Of a stretch of DNA of 64,000 nucleotides, positions 1-11,727 are shown piece after piece. The translations under genes and the position numbers were made by a program. The stretch covers positions 223,795 to 287,794 of the forward strand of contig CBEUCJ010000002.1 of NCBI GenBank assembly GCA_965541615.1. The letters run 5' to 3'. Under the pieces are notes generated by a model. It was not told the DNA's origin and ran no database searches. It saw only the letters and a program-made list of their open reading frames with translations. The number at the start of each line of letters is the position of its first letter. Position 1 is the first letter of the stretch. This DNA is from an uncultured bacterium. Lineage in GTDB: Bacteria > Omnitrophota > Gorgyraeia > Duberdicusellales > CBEUCJ01.

Positions 1-634
1 AAAGTATTCTTACAAATTTACCTGCTCCTTCAAAGTTCTTATTTAAAAATTCTCTTATAAAACTTTGAGCAGATTGAGCTTGAAGAGGAGTAGCGGTCTT
101 ACCTGTCCCTATTGCCCATACAGGTTCATAAGCAATTATGATCTTTAAAACTTGGTTTTTAGTAAAATCTTTTAAACCTTCTCTTAATTGCCTCTCTAAA
201 ACTTGAAGGGTTAGGTTATTTTCTCTTTCTTCTAATGTCTCTCCTACACAAAATATAGGAGTTAGATCCCATTCTAAAGCTGATTTTAATTTTTTGTTTA
301 TTAAAGAATCATCTTCTTTAAAATATTTTCTTCTCTCTGAATGTCCTATTATAACGAATTCACAACCTATGCTTTTGAGCATCTTGGGTGATATTTCACC
401 TGTAAAAGCGCCTTCAGATTCAAAGTACATATTCTGAGCTCCTAATTTTATATTGGTATCTGAAATTATTTTTTTCACATCACTTAAAGCTGTAAAAGGA
501 GGACACACTACAATATCTACTTCTTGAATTTGAGCAACTTCTTTTTTAATCTGGTTAACTAAATCGACAGCTTCCTCATTTGTTTTGTGCATCTTCCAGT
601 TACCAGCTATTAAGATCTTTCTTTCTTTACTCAT
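1..634 (-). CDS. tpiA: Triosephosphate isomerase, partial (C-terminus runs off the window start). Found by translating the minus strand; it is not in the ORF track.
   Basis: Reverse-complement translation gives [18 protein letters not shown]...GAQN...IIGHSERR...VGETLEERE...[16 protein letters not shown], which are TIM signature motifs. ATG at 632-634 (minus) forms an ATGAGTAA overlap with the pgk stop. Confidence 0.85.
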   Translation of the reverse strand, partial: MSKERKILIAGNWKMHKTNEEAVDLVNQIKKEVAQIQEVDIVVCPPFTALSDVKKIISDTNIKLGAQNMYFESEGAFTGEISPKMLKSIGCEFVIIGHSERRKYFKEDDSLINKKLKSALEWDLTPIFCVGETLEERENNLTLQVLERQLREGLKDFTKNQVLKIIIAYEPVWAIGTGKTATPLQAQSAQSFIREFLNKNFEGAGKFVRIL

Positions 635-1820
635 CTTCAATGGCACTAATTCCTGGTAAGTCTTTTCCTTCTAAAAATTCTAAACTCGCTCCTCCTCCTG
701 TAGAGACATGAGTTAGTTTATCTTTTACTTTAAATTTTGCAACAGCTGAAGCACTATCTCCTCCTCCTATTACAGTCGTAACTCCTTTAGAAGTTAAATC
801 TGCTAAATACAAAGCTAACTCTTTTGTGCCTTGTGAAAAATCATCTTTCTCAAAGACTCCTATAGGTCCATTCCATAAAATAGTTCTTGCTGTCTTTAAC
901 TCTTCTTTAAAAAGCTCAATAGTTTTTGGACCAATATCTAAGCCCATAAAACCTTCAGGAATTTCATTATCAGTTACTCTTTTAGTCTCAGGCTTATCTA
1001 AACTTTGAGCTACTATGTGGTCTTGAGGTAAAATTATTTTTACTCCTTTACTTTGAGCAAGTTCTAAGATTCTGGTAGCTAAATCTAATTTATCTGCTTC
1101 TATTTTTGAATTACCAATATTTATTCCTTTTGTTTTCAAGAAAGTATAACTCATTGCTCCACCAATTAAAATTTTATCTACTTTATCTAAAAGATTTTCT
1201 ATTACTCTGATCTTATCTGAGACTTTAGCTCCTCCTAAAATAGCAACAAAAGGTTTATCAGGATTTAAAATAATTTTACTTAAATATTTTATCTCCTTTT
1301 CCATTAGAAACCCTATACAAGAAGGTAAAAACTTTGCTACAATACAAGTTGAAGCATGTGCACGGTGAGCTGTCCCAAAGGCATCGTTTACATAGATATC
1401 GGCTAATTCAGCTAACTCTTTTGCAAAATTTTCATCTCCTTTCTCTTCTTCTGGATGGAACCTTAAATTCTCTAAGAGTATCAATCTTATTTGTGTAGAT
1501 TCTATTTGAGCTTTTATTTCTTCTCCTACACAATCATCTAATTTTAAAATATTTTGGCCTAAAAGTTCTTTTAGTTTTTGAGCAACAGGATCCATTCTTA
1601 AAGATTCTACTACTTTCCCTTTTGGTCTTCCTAAATGTGAACATAAAATAACTTTTTTGGCTCCATTTTCTAAAAGATATTTTATTGTAGGAAGGGCTTC
1701 TCTAATCCTTGTGTCATCTGCGACTTTATTATCTTCTAAAGGAACGTTAAAATCTACTCTCACCAAAACTTTCTTGTCTCTAAAATCAAAACTCTTTAAA
1801 GTTTTTTTATTAAGGTTCAT
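627..1820 (-). CDS. pgk: Phosphoglycerate kinase
   Basis: 397 aa. N-terminus [12 protein letters not shown], 3-phosphoglycerate and ATP-binding motifs. AGGAGG Shine-Dalgarno upstream. Confidence 0.95.
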   Translation of the reverse strand: MNLNKKTLKSFDFRDKKVLVRVDFNVPLEDNKVADDTRIREALPTIKYLLENGAKKVILCSHLGRPKGKVVESLRMDPVAQKLKELLGQNILKLDDCVGEEIKAQIESTQIRLILLENLRFHPEEEKGDENFAKELAELADIYVNDAFGTAHRAHASTCIVAKFLPSCIGFLMEKEIKYLSKIILNPDKPFVAILGGAKVSDKIRVIENLLDKVDKILIGGAMSYTFLKTKGINIGNSKIEADKLDLATRILELAQSKGVKIILPQDHIVAQSLDKPETKRVTDNEIPEGFMGLDIGPKTIELFKEELKTARTILWNGPIGVFEKDDFSQGTKELALYLADLTSKGVTTVIGGGDSASAVAKFKVKDKLTHVSTGGGASLEFLEGKDLPGISAIEDE

Positions 1821-1857
1821 ACCAAAAACCCCTCCTTTTTAAAAAATTACAATAGAC

Positions 1858-3873
<2,016 letters not shown>

Positions 3874-3881
<8 letters not shown>

Positions 3882-4899
3882 TTTCTATCTCCCTTAAAAC
3901 TTTAGCAGCTTCTTCTGGAGGAGTAGGACAGATATAAAAGCCTGTTCCCCATTCAAAACCTGCTACTCTGGTCAAGCGAGGTGTAATTTCAATATGCCAG
4001 TGATAATCATGAAGAATCGTTCGCCAGTAACCAGGTCTCTTTCTCCTGTAAGGAGCTGTATGGAGAACAAAATTGTAAGGAGGATCATTTAAACTAATCT
4101 TTAATCTTAAAAAAACCTCTTTTATTGCCTGAGCGCAAAGTTTTAACTCCTCTTCATTACACTTTTGGAAATCACAGCTGTGATTTTTAGGTAAAACCCA
4201 AACCTCAAAAGGAAACCTTGAAGCAAAAGGGCAAAAACAAAAAAAGCCTTCATTCTCATACACCAATCTTTTTTTCTGCTCAGATTCTTGTCTTATCATA
4301 TCACAAAAGATACACCTATCATGGTATTCAAAGTATCTCCTCGCACCTACCAATTCTTCTTTTACTCTTTTAGGAATTATAGGAGAAGCTATTAGATTGC
4401 TCCTTGCATGTTTAATCTTTCCTGCTCCTGCTAAGTATCCATAGTTTTTGTATATTAATACGTATCTTAATCTGGGATCATTTTCTAAATCTACTAATCT
4501 CTCTTTGTAAGCAGTCAATATCAAGAATATTTGTTCAGGTTCTAAATCTGCTATATTGTAAATATGTTGAGGAGTCTCTATTATTACTTCGTGAGCTCCT
4601 ACTCCATTTAGAATATCATAAAGTCCTCTTCCTCTGGGATCTAAATCTCCTTCTATTCTTAACAAAGGAGCTATACTTGGAACTACCCTCACTTTCCAAC
4701 CAGGTTTGTTTTTCTCTGAATTATTATCTCTAATTGCAAAGATTTCTGGAGGGGTGCAATCTTCTTTTCCTTCACAAAAAGGACAATCTCTTTCAGGAGG
4801 TTCTTTTATTCTAGTCTTAAAATCTTTGGGTCTTTTTGCTCTCTCTGTAGAAATTATTACCCATCTACCGATTATAGGATCCTTTCTTAACTCAGGCAT
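3874..4899 (-). CDS. GalT-like paralog, copy B. The catalytic HxHxQ is replaced by HARSN, so it is probably a non-catalytic or diverged subunit.
   Basis: 341 aa, about 50% identical to copy A, with the same MPELRKDPI N-terminus. CPFC, GAHEVII and HWHIE are retained, but the nucleophile His is Arg and NKFPA is SIAPL. Confidence 0.65.
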
Positions 4900-4991
4900 T
4901 TTTATCCTTTGGGTTTAGATATGTAATAGCTATATTATATCAACTTCAAAACTTATTTCAAATTTAATTTTATTTTTGTAAAAACTTTAGT

Positions 4992-4997
4992 TATAAT
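4992..4997 (+). promoter_or_regulatory. Candidate -10 box (TATAAT) 7 nt upstream of the exeA-like ATG. No Shine-Dalgarno is present, so the transcript may be leaderless.
   Basis: Motif seen in the 105-bp divergent intergenic region. No convincing -35 box. Confidence 0.2.
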
Positions 4998-5004
4998 TTT
5001 ATTA

Positions 5005-5802
5005 ATGTATTTAGAATTTTTTGGTCTAAAAGAATTTCCATTTGAAATAACTAGTGACCCAGATTACTTTTACCAAAGTCAAAAGCACAAAAGAGCTGTT
5101 GCTTGTTTAATTTACGGAATAAAATACAGAAAAGGGATAATAACCATTACAGGAGATGTGGGTACTGGTAAAACTACTCTGTGTAAATACCTCCTTTCAA
5201 AACTCTCTAAGGAAATAAAGACCTCTTTTATTCTCAATCCTTATTTCTCAGATGTCCAACTTCTCAATCTAATAGCTCAAGATTTTGGTTTAAAACCTAA
5301 AAGAAAGAATAGATTAGATATAGTTAAAGAACTAACTGATTTTTTGTTAGAAGTAAATTCTTTGGGTGGGAACGCTGTCTTAATTATTGATGAAGCTCAG
5401 AATTTAAAACCAAGACAATTAGAACAAATAAGGCTTCTTTCTAACTTAGAAACGAACAAACACAAATTACTTCAAATAATCTTAGTTGGACAAAATGAAT
5501 TAGAAGATATTTTGAAATCTGAAAATTTAAGACAGATTTCTCAAAGAATTGCGGTAAAATTTAATATAACACCTTTAGAATTTGAAGAGATTAAACCTTA
5601 TATATTACACAGGTTAAAGACTGCAGGTGCTCAAAGAGAAATCTTTAAACCTGAATGCTATGAACTTATTTATGAATTTTCAAAGGGAGTTCCAAGAAAG
5701 ATAAATATTCTGTGTGATAGAGCTCTTTTGGCAGGATTTGTAGAGAATGAAAAAATAATAAATAAAGAGATAATATTAAAATGTATTGAAGAATTGAAAT
5801 GA
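5005..5802 (+). CDS. ExeA/GspA-like AAA+ ATPase (short form, ATPase domain only)
   Basis: 265 aa. Walker A GDVGTGKT, Walker B LIIDEAQNL. Domain architecture of general secretion pathway protein A / MshM-like ATPases. Confidence 0.6.
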   Translation: MYLEFFGLKEFPFEITSDPDYFYQSQKHKRAVACLIYGIKYRKGIITITGDVGTGKTTLCKYLLSKLSKEIKTSFILNPYFSDVQLLNLIAQDFGLKPKRKNRLDIVKELTDFLLEVNSLGGNAVLIIDEAQNLKPRQLEQIRLLSNLETNKHKLLQIILVGQNELEDILKSENLRQISQRIAVKFNITPLEFEEIKPYILHRLKTAGAQREIFKPECYELIYEFSKGVPRKINILCDRALLAGFVENEKIINKEIILKCIEELK

Positions 5803-6191
5803 GTATAATTTACGATGCTTTAAAGAAACTTGAAGATTCTAAAAAAAATAAAAATTCAACTGATAAGAAAAATACAAATTTATTAAAAGTCTTTTTGTTA
5901 ATATCGTTGTTAGGGATGGGAGGAGTAGGTTTATTTTTCTTTCAAAAGTATTTTAAGAGTTCAAGAAAGGTCAAATTTAAAATCATAAAGACCAATAAAA
6001 GAAAAGATTTTAAAATTCCTTTTATAAAAATTGAAGGAATTTTATATCAAGAAAAGAACCCTCTTGTTTTATATAAAGGAAAAATCTTTAAAGAAGGAGA
6101 TGTAATTAAAGGAGCTAAAATCATTAAAATAAATGAGAATGAAGTTATTTTTGAATATAAAGGTAAAGAATTTAAGATCCTCGTTGAATAA
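5799..6191 (+). CDS. Small single-pass membrane protein, GspB/ExeB-like (partner of the ExeA-like ATPase)
   Basis: 130 aa. Basic N-terminus, one TM helix, C-terminal beta-rich domain. Shares a 4-nt overlap with the ATPase gene. Its 3' end converges on and overlaps aroB by 20 nt. Confidence 0.35.
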   Translation: MSIIYDALKKLEDSKKNKNSTDKKNTNLLKVFLLISLLGMGGVGLFFFQKYFKSSRKVKFKIIKTNKRKDFKIPFIKIEGILYQEKNPLVLYKGKIFKEGDVIKGAKIIKINENEVIFEYKGKEFKILVE

Positions 6192-7254
6192 CTTCCTTTA
6201 TTAAACTTAAATCTACATCCTCAAATACCTTTGCTTTGCCTATTTTTAAAGGTAAGACCATTCTTATTCTGCCTCTTTTAAACTTTTTATCTTTTAAAAG
6301 AGATTGGATTAATAAAGATGGTGGAATCTTTTTTATCTTTGTAGGAAGCCCCATTTTTTCTAAGATAGTTTTTACTTCCCAATATACTTTTTCTTTACAT
6401 ATTCCCATTTTCAAAGCTATCTGAGTAGCTAAAACCATACCTATACTTATGGCTTCTCCATGAGAGTATTTTTTATAAAAAGTAGCTGATTCTATAGCGT
6501 GTCCTATAGTGTGCCCAAAATTTAGAATAGTCCTTATTCCCTTTGTCTCTTTTTCATCTAATTCTATTATCTTCTTTTTAATATTTATACATTCATAAAT
6601 TATTTTAAAAAGCACTTTTCTATTTAACTTTAAGAATCTTTCTAAATTGTCTCTTAAATAATAGAATAACTCTTTACTTTTAATTACACCATACTTTACT
6701 ATTTCAGCTCCTCCATTTATTATTTCTTTCATAGATAAAGTCTCTAAAAAACCTAAATAACTTATCACAGCTTTTGGCTGATAAAAACTTCCTACCATGT
6801 TTTTAGCAGATTCTAAATCGATGCCTGTTTTTCCTCCAATTGAAGAGTCTACCTGAGCTAAAAGTGTGGTGGGTATCTGAATGTAAGGTACACCTCTTCT
6901 ATATACTGAAGCAGAAAATCCAACTAAATCTCCTATCACTCCTCCTCCAAGAGCAGTAAAAAACAGATCTCCCAGTCTATCAAAATTTACAGCTTCTTGT
7001 GTTAACTTCATAAAATAATAAAAAGATTTTGCTCTCTCAGAATCTGGAACAAAAAACACTTTAATTTTTTTATCTTTTAAAGGATCTAATACTTTGTTTA
7101 AAAAAAGAGAAGCTATCTTTTTGTTAGTGACTACCAGAGCTCTTGAAGGTAAATCTAATTTTGAGATGATCTTTTTAAAATTTTGAGAAAAGTTTTCCTT
7201 TAGAAGATAGACAGAATATGGACTCTCTTTGAGATTAACTTTTATCTCTGTCAC
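6172..7254 (-). CDS. aroB: 3-dehydroquinate synthase
   Basis: 360 aa. GGGVIGDLVGF NAD-binding motif, HGEAISIGM metal site. Confidence 0.9.
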   Translation of the reverse strand: MTEIKVNLKESPYSVYLLKENFSQNFKKIISKLDLPSRALVVTNKKIASLFLNKVLDPLKDKKIKVFFVPDSERAKSFYYFMKLTQEAVNFDRLGDLFFTALGGGVIGDLVGFSASVYRRGVPYIQIPTTLLAQVDSSIGGKTGIDLESAKNMVGSFYQPKAVISYLGFLETLSMKEIINGGAEIVKYGVIKSKELFYYLRDNLERFLKLNRKVLFKIIYECINIKKKIIELDEKETKGIRTILNFGHTIGHAIESATFYKKYSHGEAISIGMVLATQIALKMGICKEKVYWEVKTILEKMGLPTKIKKIPPSLLIQSLLKDKKFKRGRIRMVLPLKIGKAKVFEDVDLSLIKEVIQRGS

Positions 7255-7257
7255 TTT

Positions 7258-7863
7258 TTAAAGAATTAAAGAATATAGAAAATTTACAATTGGTAACAAT
7301 AACCAATCGCCTATTCCTAAAAATAATAAAATGATGATAATTATAAACCCATAAGGTTCGATCATAGAATACTTTAAAGACCAAGGATAAGGTAAAAGTC
7401 CACTTAAAATTCTTGAACCATCTAATGGAGGGATAGGTATCAAATTAAATACACATAAAAGTAAATTTAAAAATATTAACTCAGGAAGAATAATTTTAAA
7501 AAAGGGAATAAAAGATAGAATTCTGTAAAGTATACCTAATAATACTGCAAAAAGAAAATTAGCTAAAGGTCCTGCCAATGCTATTTGAACTATATCTTTT
7601 TTAGGATTCCTCAACAACCAAGTATTAATAGGAACTGGCTTTGCCCAACCAAACACAACAGGTGAACCAGATATTATTAAAAACAAAGGTAAAAGAAATG
7701 TTCCTATTGGATCTATGTGGGCTAAAGGGTTTAAAGTCAATCTTCCTGAAAATTTAGCAGTAGGGTCTCCTTTCTTATAAGCTACAAATCCATGAGCAAA
7801 CTCATGGACAGTTAAAGCTATAAAAAACATGAAAAAAGAGAATATCAATTTAATTATTAACAT
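7258..7863 (-). CDS. Site-2 protease family (M50) zinc metalloprotease
   Basis: HEFAHG zinc motif in a TM helix, LNPLAHIDPIGT motif, polytopic membrane protein. Confidence 0.75.
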   Translation of the reverse strand: MLIIKLIFSFFMFFIALTVHEFAHGFVAYKKGDPTAKFSGRLTLNPLAHIDPIGTFLLPLFLIISGSPVVFGWAKPVPINTWLLRNPKKDIVQIALAGPLANFLFAVLLGILYRILSFIPFFKIILPELIFLNLLLCVFNLIPIPPLDGSRILSGLLPYPWSLKYSMIEPYGFIIIIILLFLGIGDWLLLPIVNFLYSLIL

Positions 7864-8563
7864 CTTTTAATATCTTTATACTTTTTAATACGAACTTTTT
7901 ATTTTCAGAAATGTAACCTCTCATCTTTATTCTTTTACCTATAAATTTATCTAAATTCCTAAAAGTCTTTATTTTATATATTTTGTCAGGTGTCTTTAAA
8001 AAATAAAATCCATCTTCTTTTGTAAAAAAACCTATAAACTCTACAAACTTTTTCTCTAAATCTTTTTTAGAACTCTTTACATTAGACTGATCTTCTTTCT
8101 TATCAGACTTTAAAAGTTTAACAAATTTTTTATGCACATAACCATAGCATTTTAAAGTAGGAGTTATCTTGTAAAAATCTTTATTTATCCCTAATATCTC
8201 AACTTCTTCTCCTTTAGATAATCTACCCACAATCTCTGAATCCAAAGAAGGTCTGATCCTTATATTTACATTTGTAGCTGTGCATATTCCTTTTCTGCCC
8301 TTCCTTTTTAAATAATCTTTATAAACATAGCATGAACATTTTTTAGGAAGTACAACTTTATACCATTCATATCTTTTGCCAATAATATTTACCCTTTCTC
8401 CTTTATTCAATTTACATATAATCTGAGAAGTAATTCTTGAATCAGACCTTAAATTTATACCATCATGTGTTATATATCCTAAGGTAAAACAAAAAGCATT
8501 AGTTATAAATAAAGTAATAAAAATTACCAAACTAATAGATTTCATAAAATTTTCTGATCTCAA
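7850..8563 (-). CDS. Secreted protein with two bacterial SH3 (SH3b) domains
   Basis: Signal peptide. Two repeats of the ...RSDSRITSQIICKLNKGERVNI / ...RPSLDSEIVGRLSKGEEVEIL type. The true start is probably the M at residue 7. Confidence 0.6.
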   Translation of the reverse strand: MRSENFMKSISLVIFITLFITNAFCFTLGYITHDGINLRSDSRITSQIICKLNKGERVNIIGKRYEWYKVVLPKKCSCYVYKDYLKRKGRKGICTATNVNIRIRPSLDSEIVGRLSKGEEVEILGINKDFYKITPTLKCYGYVHKKFVKLLKSDKKEDQSNVKSSKKDLEKKFVEFIGFFTKEDGFYFLKTPDKIYKIKTFRNLDKFIGKRIKMRGYISENKKFVLKSIKILKDVNN

Positions 8564-8574
8564 AATATAGACCT

Positions 8575-8787
8575 TTAACCTTGCTTTGTTTCTTCCTCTT
8601 TCTTTTCTTCTTTTACAGTCTTTTTAATCTTTACTTTAGCAACCTTTATCTTAGGGAGGCCAAAAACAGGAACTTCATCTATTTTTTTGCCTTTTTCTAC
8701 TAACAACTTTATCCTCTCCATTCTTGAAAGCACAGATTTTTGAGCTCCTTTCTTATCTGCACTTTTTAAAGAAGAATGAAGAGTCAT
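8575..8787 (-). CDS. Small Lys/Glu-rich hypothetical protein (70 aa)
   Basis: ORF tightly packed between the SPOR and SH3 genes with a 4-nt overlap. No recognisable motif. Confidence 0.3.
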   Translation of the reverse strand: MTLHSSLKSADKKGAQKSVLSRMERIKLLVEKGKKIDEVPVFGLPKIKVAKVKIKKTVKEEKKEEETKQG

Positions 8788-9326
8788 CTTATATACCTCC
8801 TTATAAAACTATCTTTGAATTCCTCTCTTAGCTTACTTAGAAGAATTTCTCCTTCCTTTCTATCTTTAAATTCTCCTGCACATAAAACTATGTAATCTTT
8901 ACTATGTATAATAAAAGCGTTTATTCCTCTTTCTCTTAATTTTTTTAAATATTCTTGAGCGATCTCTTTATTCTTATAAGTGTAAGTAGCTAATTGAACT
9001 GTATACCTGTATTTAAATTCTTCTTTTTTTTCTATCTTCGGTGTATCTTTCACTATCTCCTTTTGAAATTCTTTTGATTTTACAATTTTCTTAGTAACTT
9101 TTTTTTCAAAACTTATTTTTTTAAGGACTGGCTGTTTTAAATTAGTTAGAAAGATTGCCTTTTTAAACCCAGCAGAATACCCTAAACAAAAAACAGTTAC
9201 AATAAAGACTATTAACACTATTAGAAAAGAAAAAAATCTATCTAAATCTATACTTATCTTCATGTTATACTCAGGTTTGGGTTGAACTTTCTTATTTTCA
9301 AATAAAAACATCTGTTTTTGGAGCAT
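8784..9326 (-). CDS. SPOR-domain membrane protein (cell-division, peptidoglycan-binding, FtsN/DedD-like)
   Basis: N-terminal TM helix. C-terminal YTVQLATYTYKNKEIAQEYLKKLRERGINAFI is a SPOR fold signature. Confidence 0.65.
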   Translation of the reverse strand: MLQKQMFLFENKKVQPKPEYNMKISIDLDRFFSFLIVLIVFIVTVFCLGYSAGFKKAIFLTNLKQPVLKKISFEKKVTKKIVKSKEFQKEIVKDTPKIEKKEEFKYRYTVQLATYTYKNKEIAQEYLKKLRERGINAFIIHSKDYIVLCAGEFKDRKEGEILLSKLREEFKDSFIRRYIR

Positions 9327-9436
9327 TTCAAATTTGATTATAAAACAAAAACTCTAAACCTTCAAGGATTTTTGAAAAAGTAGAAAAATTAAAATAACTT
9401 GAATTTAAAGTTTATTAGAATTAAAATGTTTGAATT

Positions 9437-10288
9437 ATGTGCAATGCAATCCTGTTAATTTCCTGCCCAGATAGAAAAGGAATTTTGGCTAAAATCACAA
9501 ATTTTATATATGAAAATAATGGTAATATTGAACATGCTGATCAACACATAGATACTCAAACTAACACTTTCTTTATGAGAATTGAGTGGTCTTTAAAAGA
9601 TTTTAAAATCAAAAAAGATAAAATCTCAAAAAAGTTTCTTCCTATAGCTAAAGAATTCAATATGAAATGGTCTCTTTATTTTACAGACCAAGTCTTGCGT
9701 ATGGCAATATTCGTATCTAAGCACTTACATTGTTTATATGACTTACTGTTAAGATACGAAAGTGGTCAATTTAAGTGTCAAATCCCTTTAATCATTAGCA
9801 ATCATCCTAATGCCAAAAAAGTAGCTGAAAACTTTGGTATTAAATTTTTTGAATTTCCTATTACGAAAGAAAATAAGATAATTCAAGAAAAAAAGCAGAT
9901 TGAACTTTTAAAAAAAGAAAAAATAGATTTAATAGTTTTAGCAAGATATACTCAAATTTTAACCAAACAATTTGTTAAAGAATTTCCTAACAAGATCATA
10001 AATATTCACCATTCGTTCTTGCCTGCCTTTAAAGGAAGAGCTCCTTACAAACAAGCCTATCAAAGAGGAGTAAAAATAATTGGAGCTACAAGCCACTATG
10101 TAACTGAAGAATTGGACGCCGGTCCCATTATTGAGCAGGATACTGTAAGGATTAGTCACAGAGATTCTCTTAAAGACTTGATTAGAAAAGGTCAAGATTT
10201 AGAAAAAGTAGTATTGAGTAAAGCTGTTAGATGGCATTTAGAAAGAAAGATTCTTGTTTATAATAACAAAACTGTAATTTTTGATTAA
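9437..10288 (+). CDS. purU: Formyltetrahydrofolate deformylase
   Basis: 283 aa. N-terminal ACT domain (ILLISCPDRKGILA), formyltransferase motif NIHHSFLPAFKG. Confidence 0.85.
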   Translation: MCNAILLISCPDRKGILAKITNFIYENNGNIEHADQHIDTQTNTFFMRIEWSLKDFKIKKDKISKKFLPIAKEFNMKWSLYFTDQVLRMAIFVSKHLHCLYDLLLRYESGQFKCQIPLIISNHPNAKKVAENFGIKFFEFPITKENKIIQEKKQIELLKKEKIDLIVLARYTQILTKQFVKEFPNKIINIHHSFLPAFKGRAPYKQAYQRGVKIIGATSHYVTEELDAGPIIEQDTVRISHRDSLKDLIRKGQDLEKVVLSKAVRWHLERKILVYNNKTVIFD

Positions 10289-10308
10289 CTAAAAAGATTA
10301 CCTCAAAA

Positions 10309-10382
10309 TGCGCCTGGGGAGACTCGAACTCCCGCTTACCAGCCTTAGGAGGGCTGAGCTCTTCCTTCTGAGCTACAGGCGC
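10309..10382 (-). tRNA. tRNA-Arg (anticodon CCT)
   Basis: The reverse complement GCGCCTGTAGCTCAGAAGGAAGAGCTCAGCCCTCCTAAGGCTGG...GGGAGTTCGAGTCTCCCCAGGCGCA folds as a cloverleaf. Anticodon loop CTCCTAA, T-loop TTCGAGT. CCA is not encoded. Confidence 0.75.
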
Positions 10383-10384
10383 TC

Positions 10385-10900
10385 TCAAAATTTAATTATA
10401 GAATGAACTCTATAACCTGACAAGTTCTTTCTTCCGTTTAAAGCTGTCAATTCTATTAAAAATAGAACAGCCAAAATCTTAGCATTGAATTTTTTACATA
10501 GTTTTATTAGAGCTAAAGCTGTCCCTCCTGTAGCTAACAAATCATCAAAGATTATTACTTTGGAATTCTTTCTTATAGCATCCTGATGAATCTCAAAAGT
10601 CTCTTTACCATATTCTAAGGTATATGAAACTTTATAAGTTTTATAAGGGAGTTTACCTTTCTTTCTTACAGGCACAAATCCACAGTTTAATCTGTAAGCT
10701 AAAGCTCCTCCAAATATAAAACCTCTAGATTCTGGACATACTAAGTAATCTGGTTTTAAATCTTTAACTTCTTTTAAAAGAGCATTTATAGCTTTTTTAA
10801 AAATTTCTTTCTTACCTAAAAGAGGAGTAATATCTCTAAACAATATTCCTTTTTTGGGAAAATCTGGGATAGTTCTTATGTACCTTTCTAATATCTTCAT
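10385..10900 (-). CDS. apt: Adenine phosphoribosyltransferase
   Basis: 171 aa. PDFPKKGILFRDITPLL, PRPP motif VIIFDDLLATGGTA. The tRNA-Arg lies 3 nt downstream. Confidence 0.9.
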   Translation of the reverse strand: MKILERYIRTIPDFPKKGILFRDITPLLGKKEIFKKAINALLKEVKDLKPDYLVCPESRGFIFGGALAYRLNCGFVPVRKKGKLPYKTYKVSYTLEYGKETFEIHQDAIRKNSKVIIFDDLLATGGTALALIKLCKKFNAKILAVLFLIELTALNGRKNLSGYRVHSIIKF

Positions 10901-10911
10901 TATCTTCCTCC

Positions 10912-11724
10912 TTATTGAGAAGATTCTATTTTTTCAATAAATTTTTTTAATTTTTCTAAAGCTCTCTCTTCTATTTGTCTTACTCTTTCTCTAGAGATCC
11001 CCAATTTTTTGGCTACTTCTGCTAAAGTCTGTGGAGTTTGGGTTTTTAACCCGAATCTTAAATCTAATATCTCTCTTTCACGTGGAGTTAAAACTTCCAT
11101 TAATTCCAAAATCTCTTGATGTTTTAGAAATCTCTCTACTTCAGATTCTGTTTTTGCTTTTTCATTTTTAATAACTTCAACAAATTCATTTTCTTTATCT
11201 TCACCGATACGAGCTTCTAAAGAGGCTGTCTTTGCCATTAGTATTTCTATCCTTTCTAATTTCTTTTTTGAAATCTTTACTCTCCTTGCGAGTTCTTGTA
11301 ATGTGGGTTCTCTCCCATATTTCTGACAAAACTCTTCTTTTTTCTTTTTTATCTTTGATATCATTTCACTTAAATACACAGGTATCCTTATGGTTTTAGC
11401 CTGTTCAATAATGGCTCTGGTTATAGCTTGTTTTATCCACCATGCTGCATAAGTACTGAATCTAAAGCCTTTGCGTGGATTAAATTTTTCAACTGCTCTC
11501 ATTAAACCCAAATTTCCTTCAGCTATTAAATCTGTTAAAGGTAAACCTAATCCTATATAATGCTTGGCAATATTTACAACTAACTTTAAATTTGCTTCTA
11601 TCATCTTTTTTCTTGCTTCTTTATCTCCCTTTCTTATTTTTCTGGCTAATTCTCTCTCTTCTTTAGGTGTTAATACTGGAATATCTTTTATTTTTTCTAA
11701 ATAGCTTTTAATAGCTTCTTTCAT
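10912..11724 (-). CDS. RNA polymerase sigma-70 family factor (RpoD-like regions 1.2-4.2, no region 1.1)
   Basis: 270 aa. Region 2 [41 protein letters not shown]. Region 4 [27 protein letters not shown]. Confidence 0.85.
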   Translation of the reverse strand: MKEAIKSYLEKIKDIPVLTPKEERELARKIRKGDKEARKKMIEANLKLVVNIAKHYIGLGLPLTDLIAEGNLGLMRAVEKFNPRKGFRFSTYAAWWIKQAITRAIIEQAKTIRIPVYLSEMISKIKKKKEEFCQKYGREPTLQELARRVKISKKKLERIEILMAKTASLEARIGEDKENEFVEVIKNEKAKTESEVERFLKHQEILELMEVLTPREREILDLRFGLKTQTPQTLAEVAKKLGISRERVRQIEERALEKLKKFIEKIESSQ

Positions 11725-11727
11725 AAA

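Noticed and set aside
620-640. Possible PGK-TIM fusion by frameshift, as in Thermotoga
   Set aside because: tpiA has its own in-frame ATG (632-634) overlapping the pgk stop (ATGAGTAA). An independent, coupled initiation is the simpler reading.
826-1008. Plus-strand ORFs of 60-144 aa embedded antisense within minus-strand genes. Examples are 826-1008, 1657-1842, 2477-2707, 12073-12315, 22010-22330, 26930-27265, 35781-36215, 41307-41972, 44349-44632 and 58626-59006.
   Set aside because: Each lies entirely inside a well-supported gene on the other strand. They are low-complexity and Ser/Leu/Phe-rich, typical of antisense frames in AT-rich DNA. None carries a recognisable motif.
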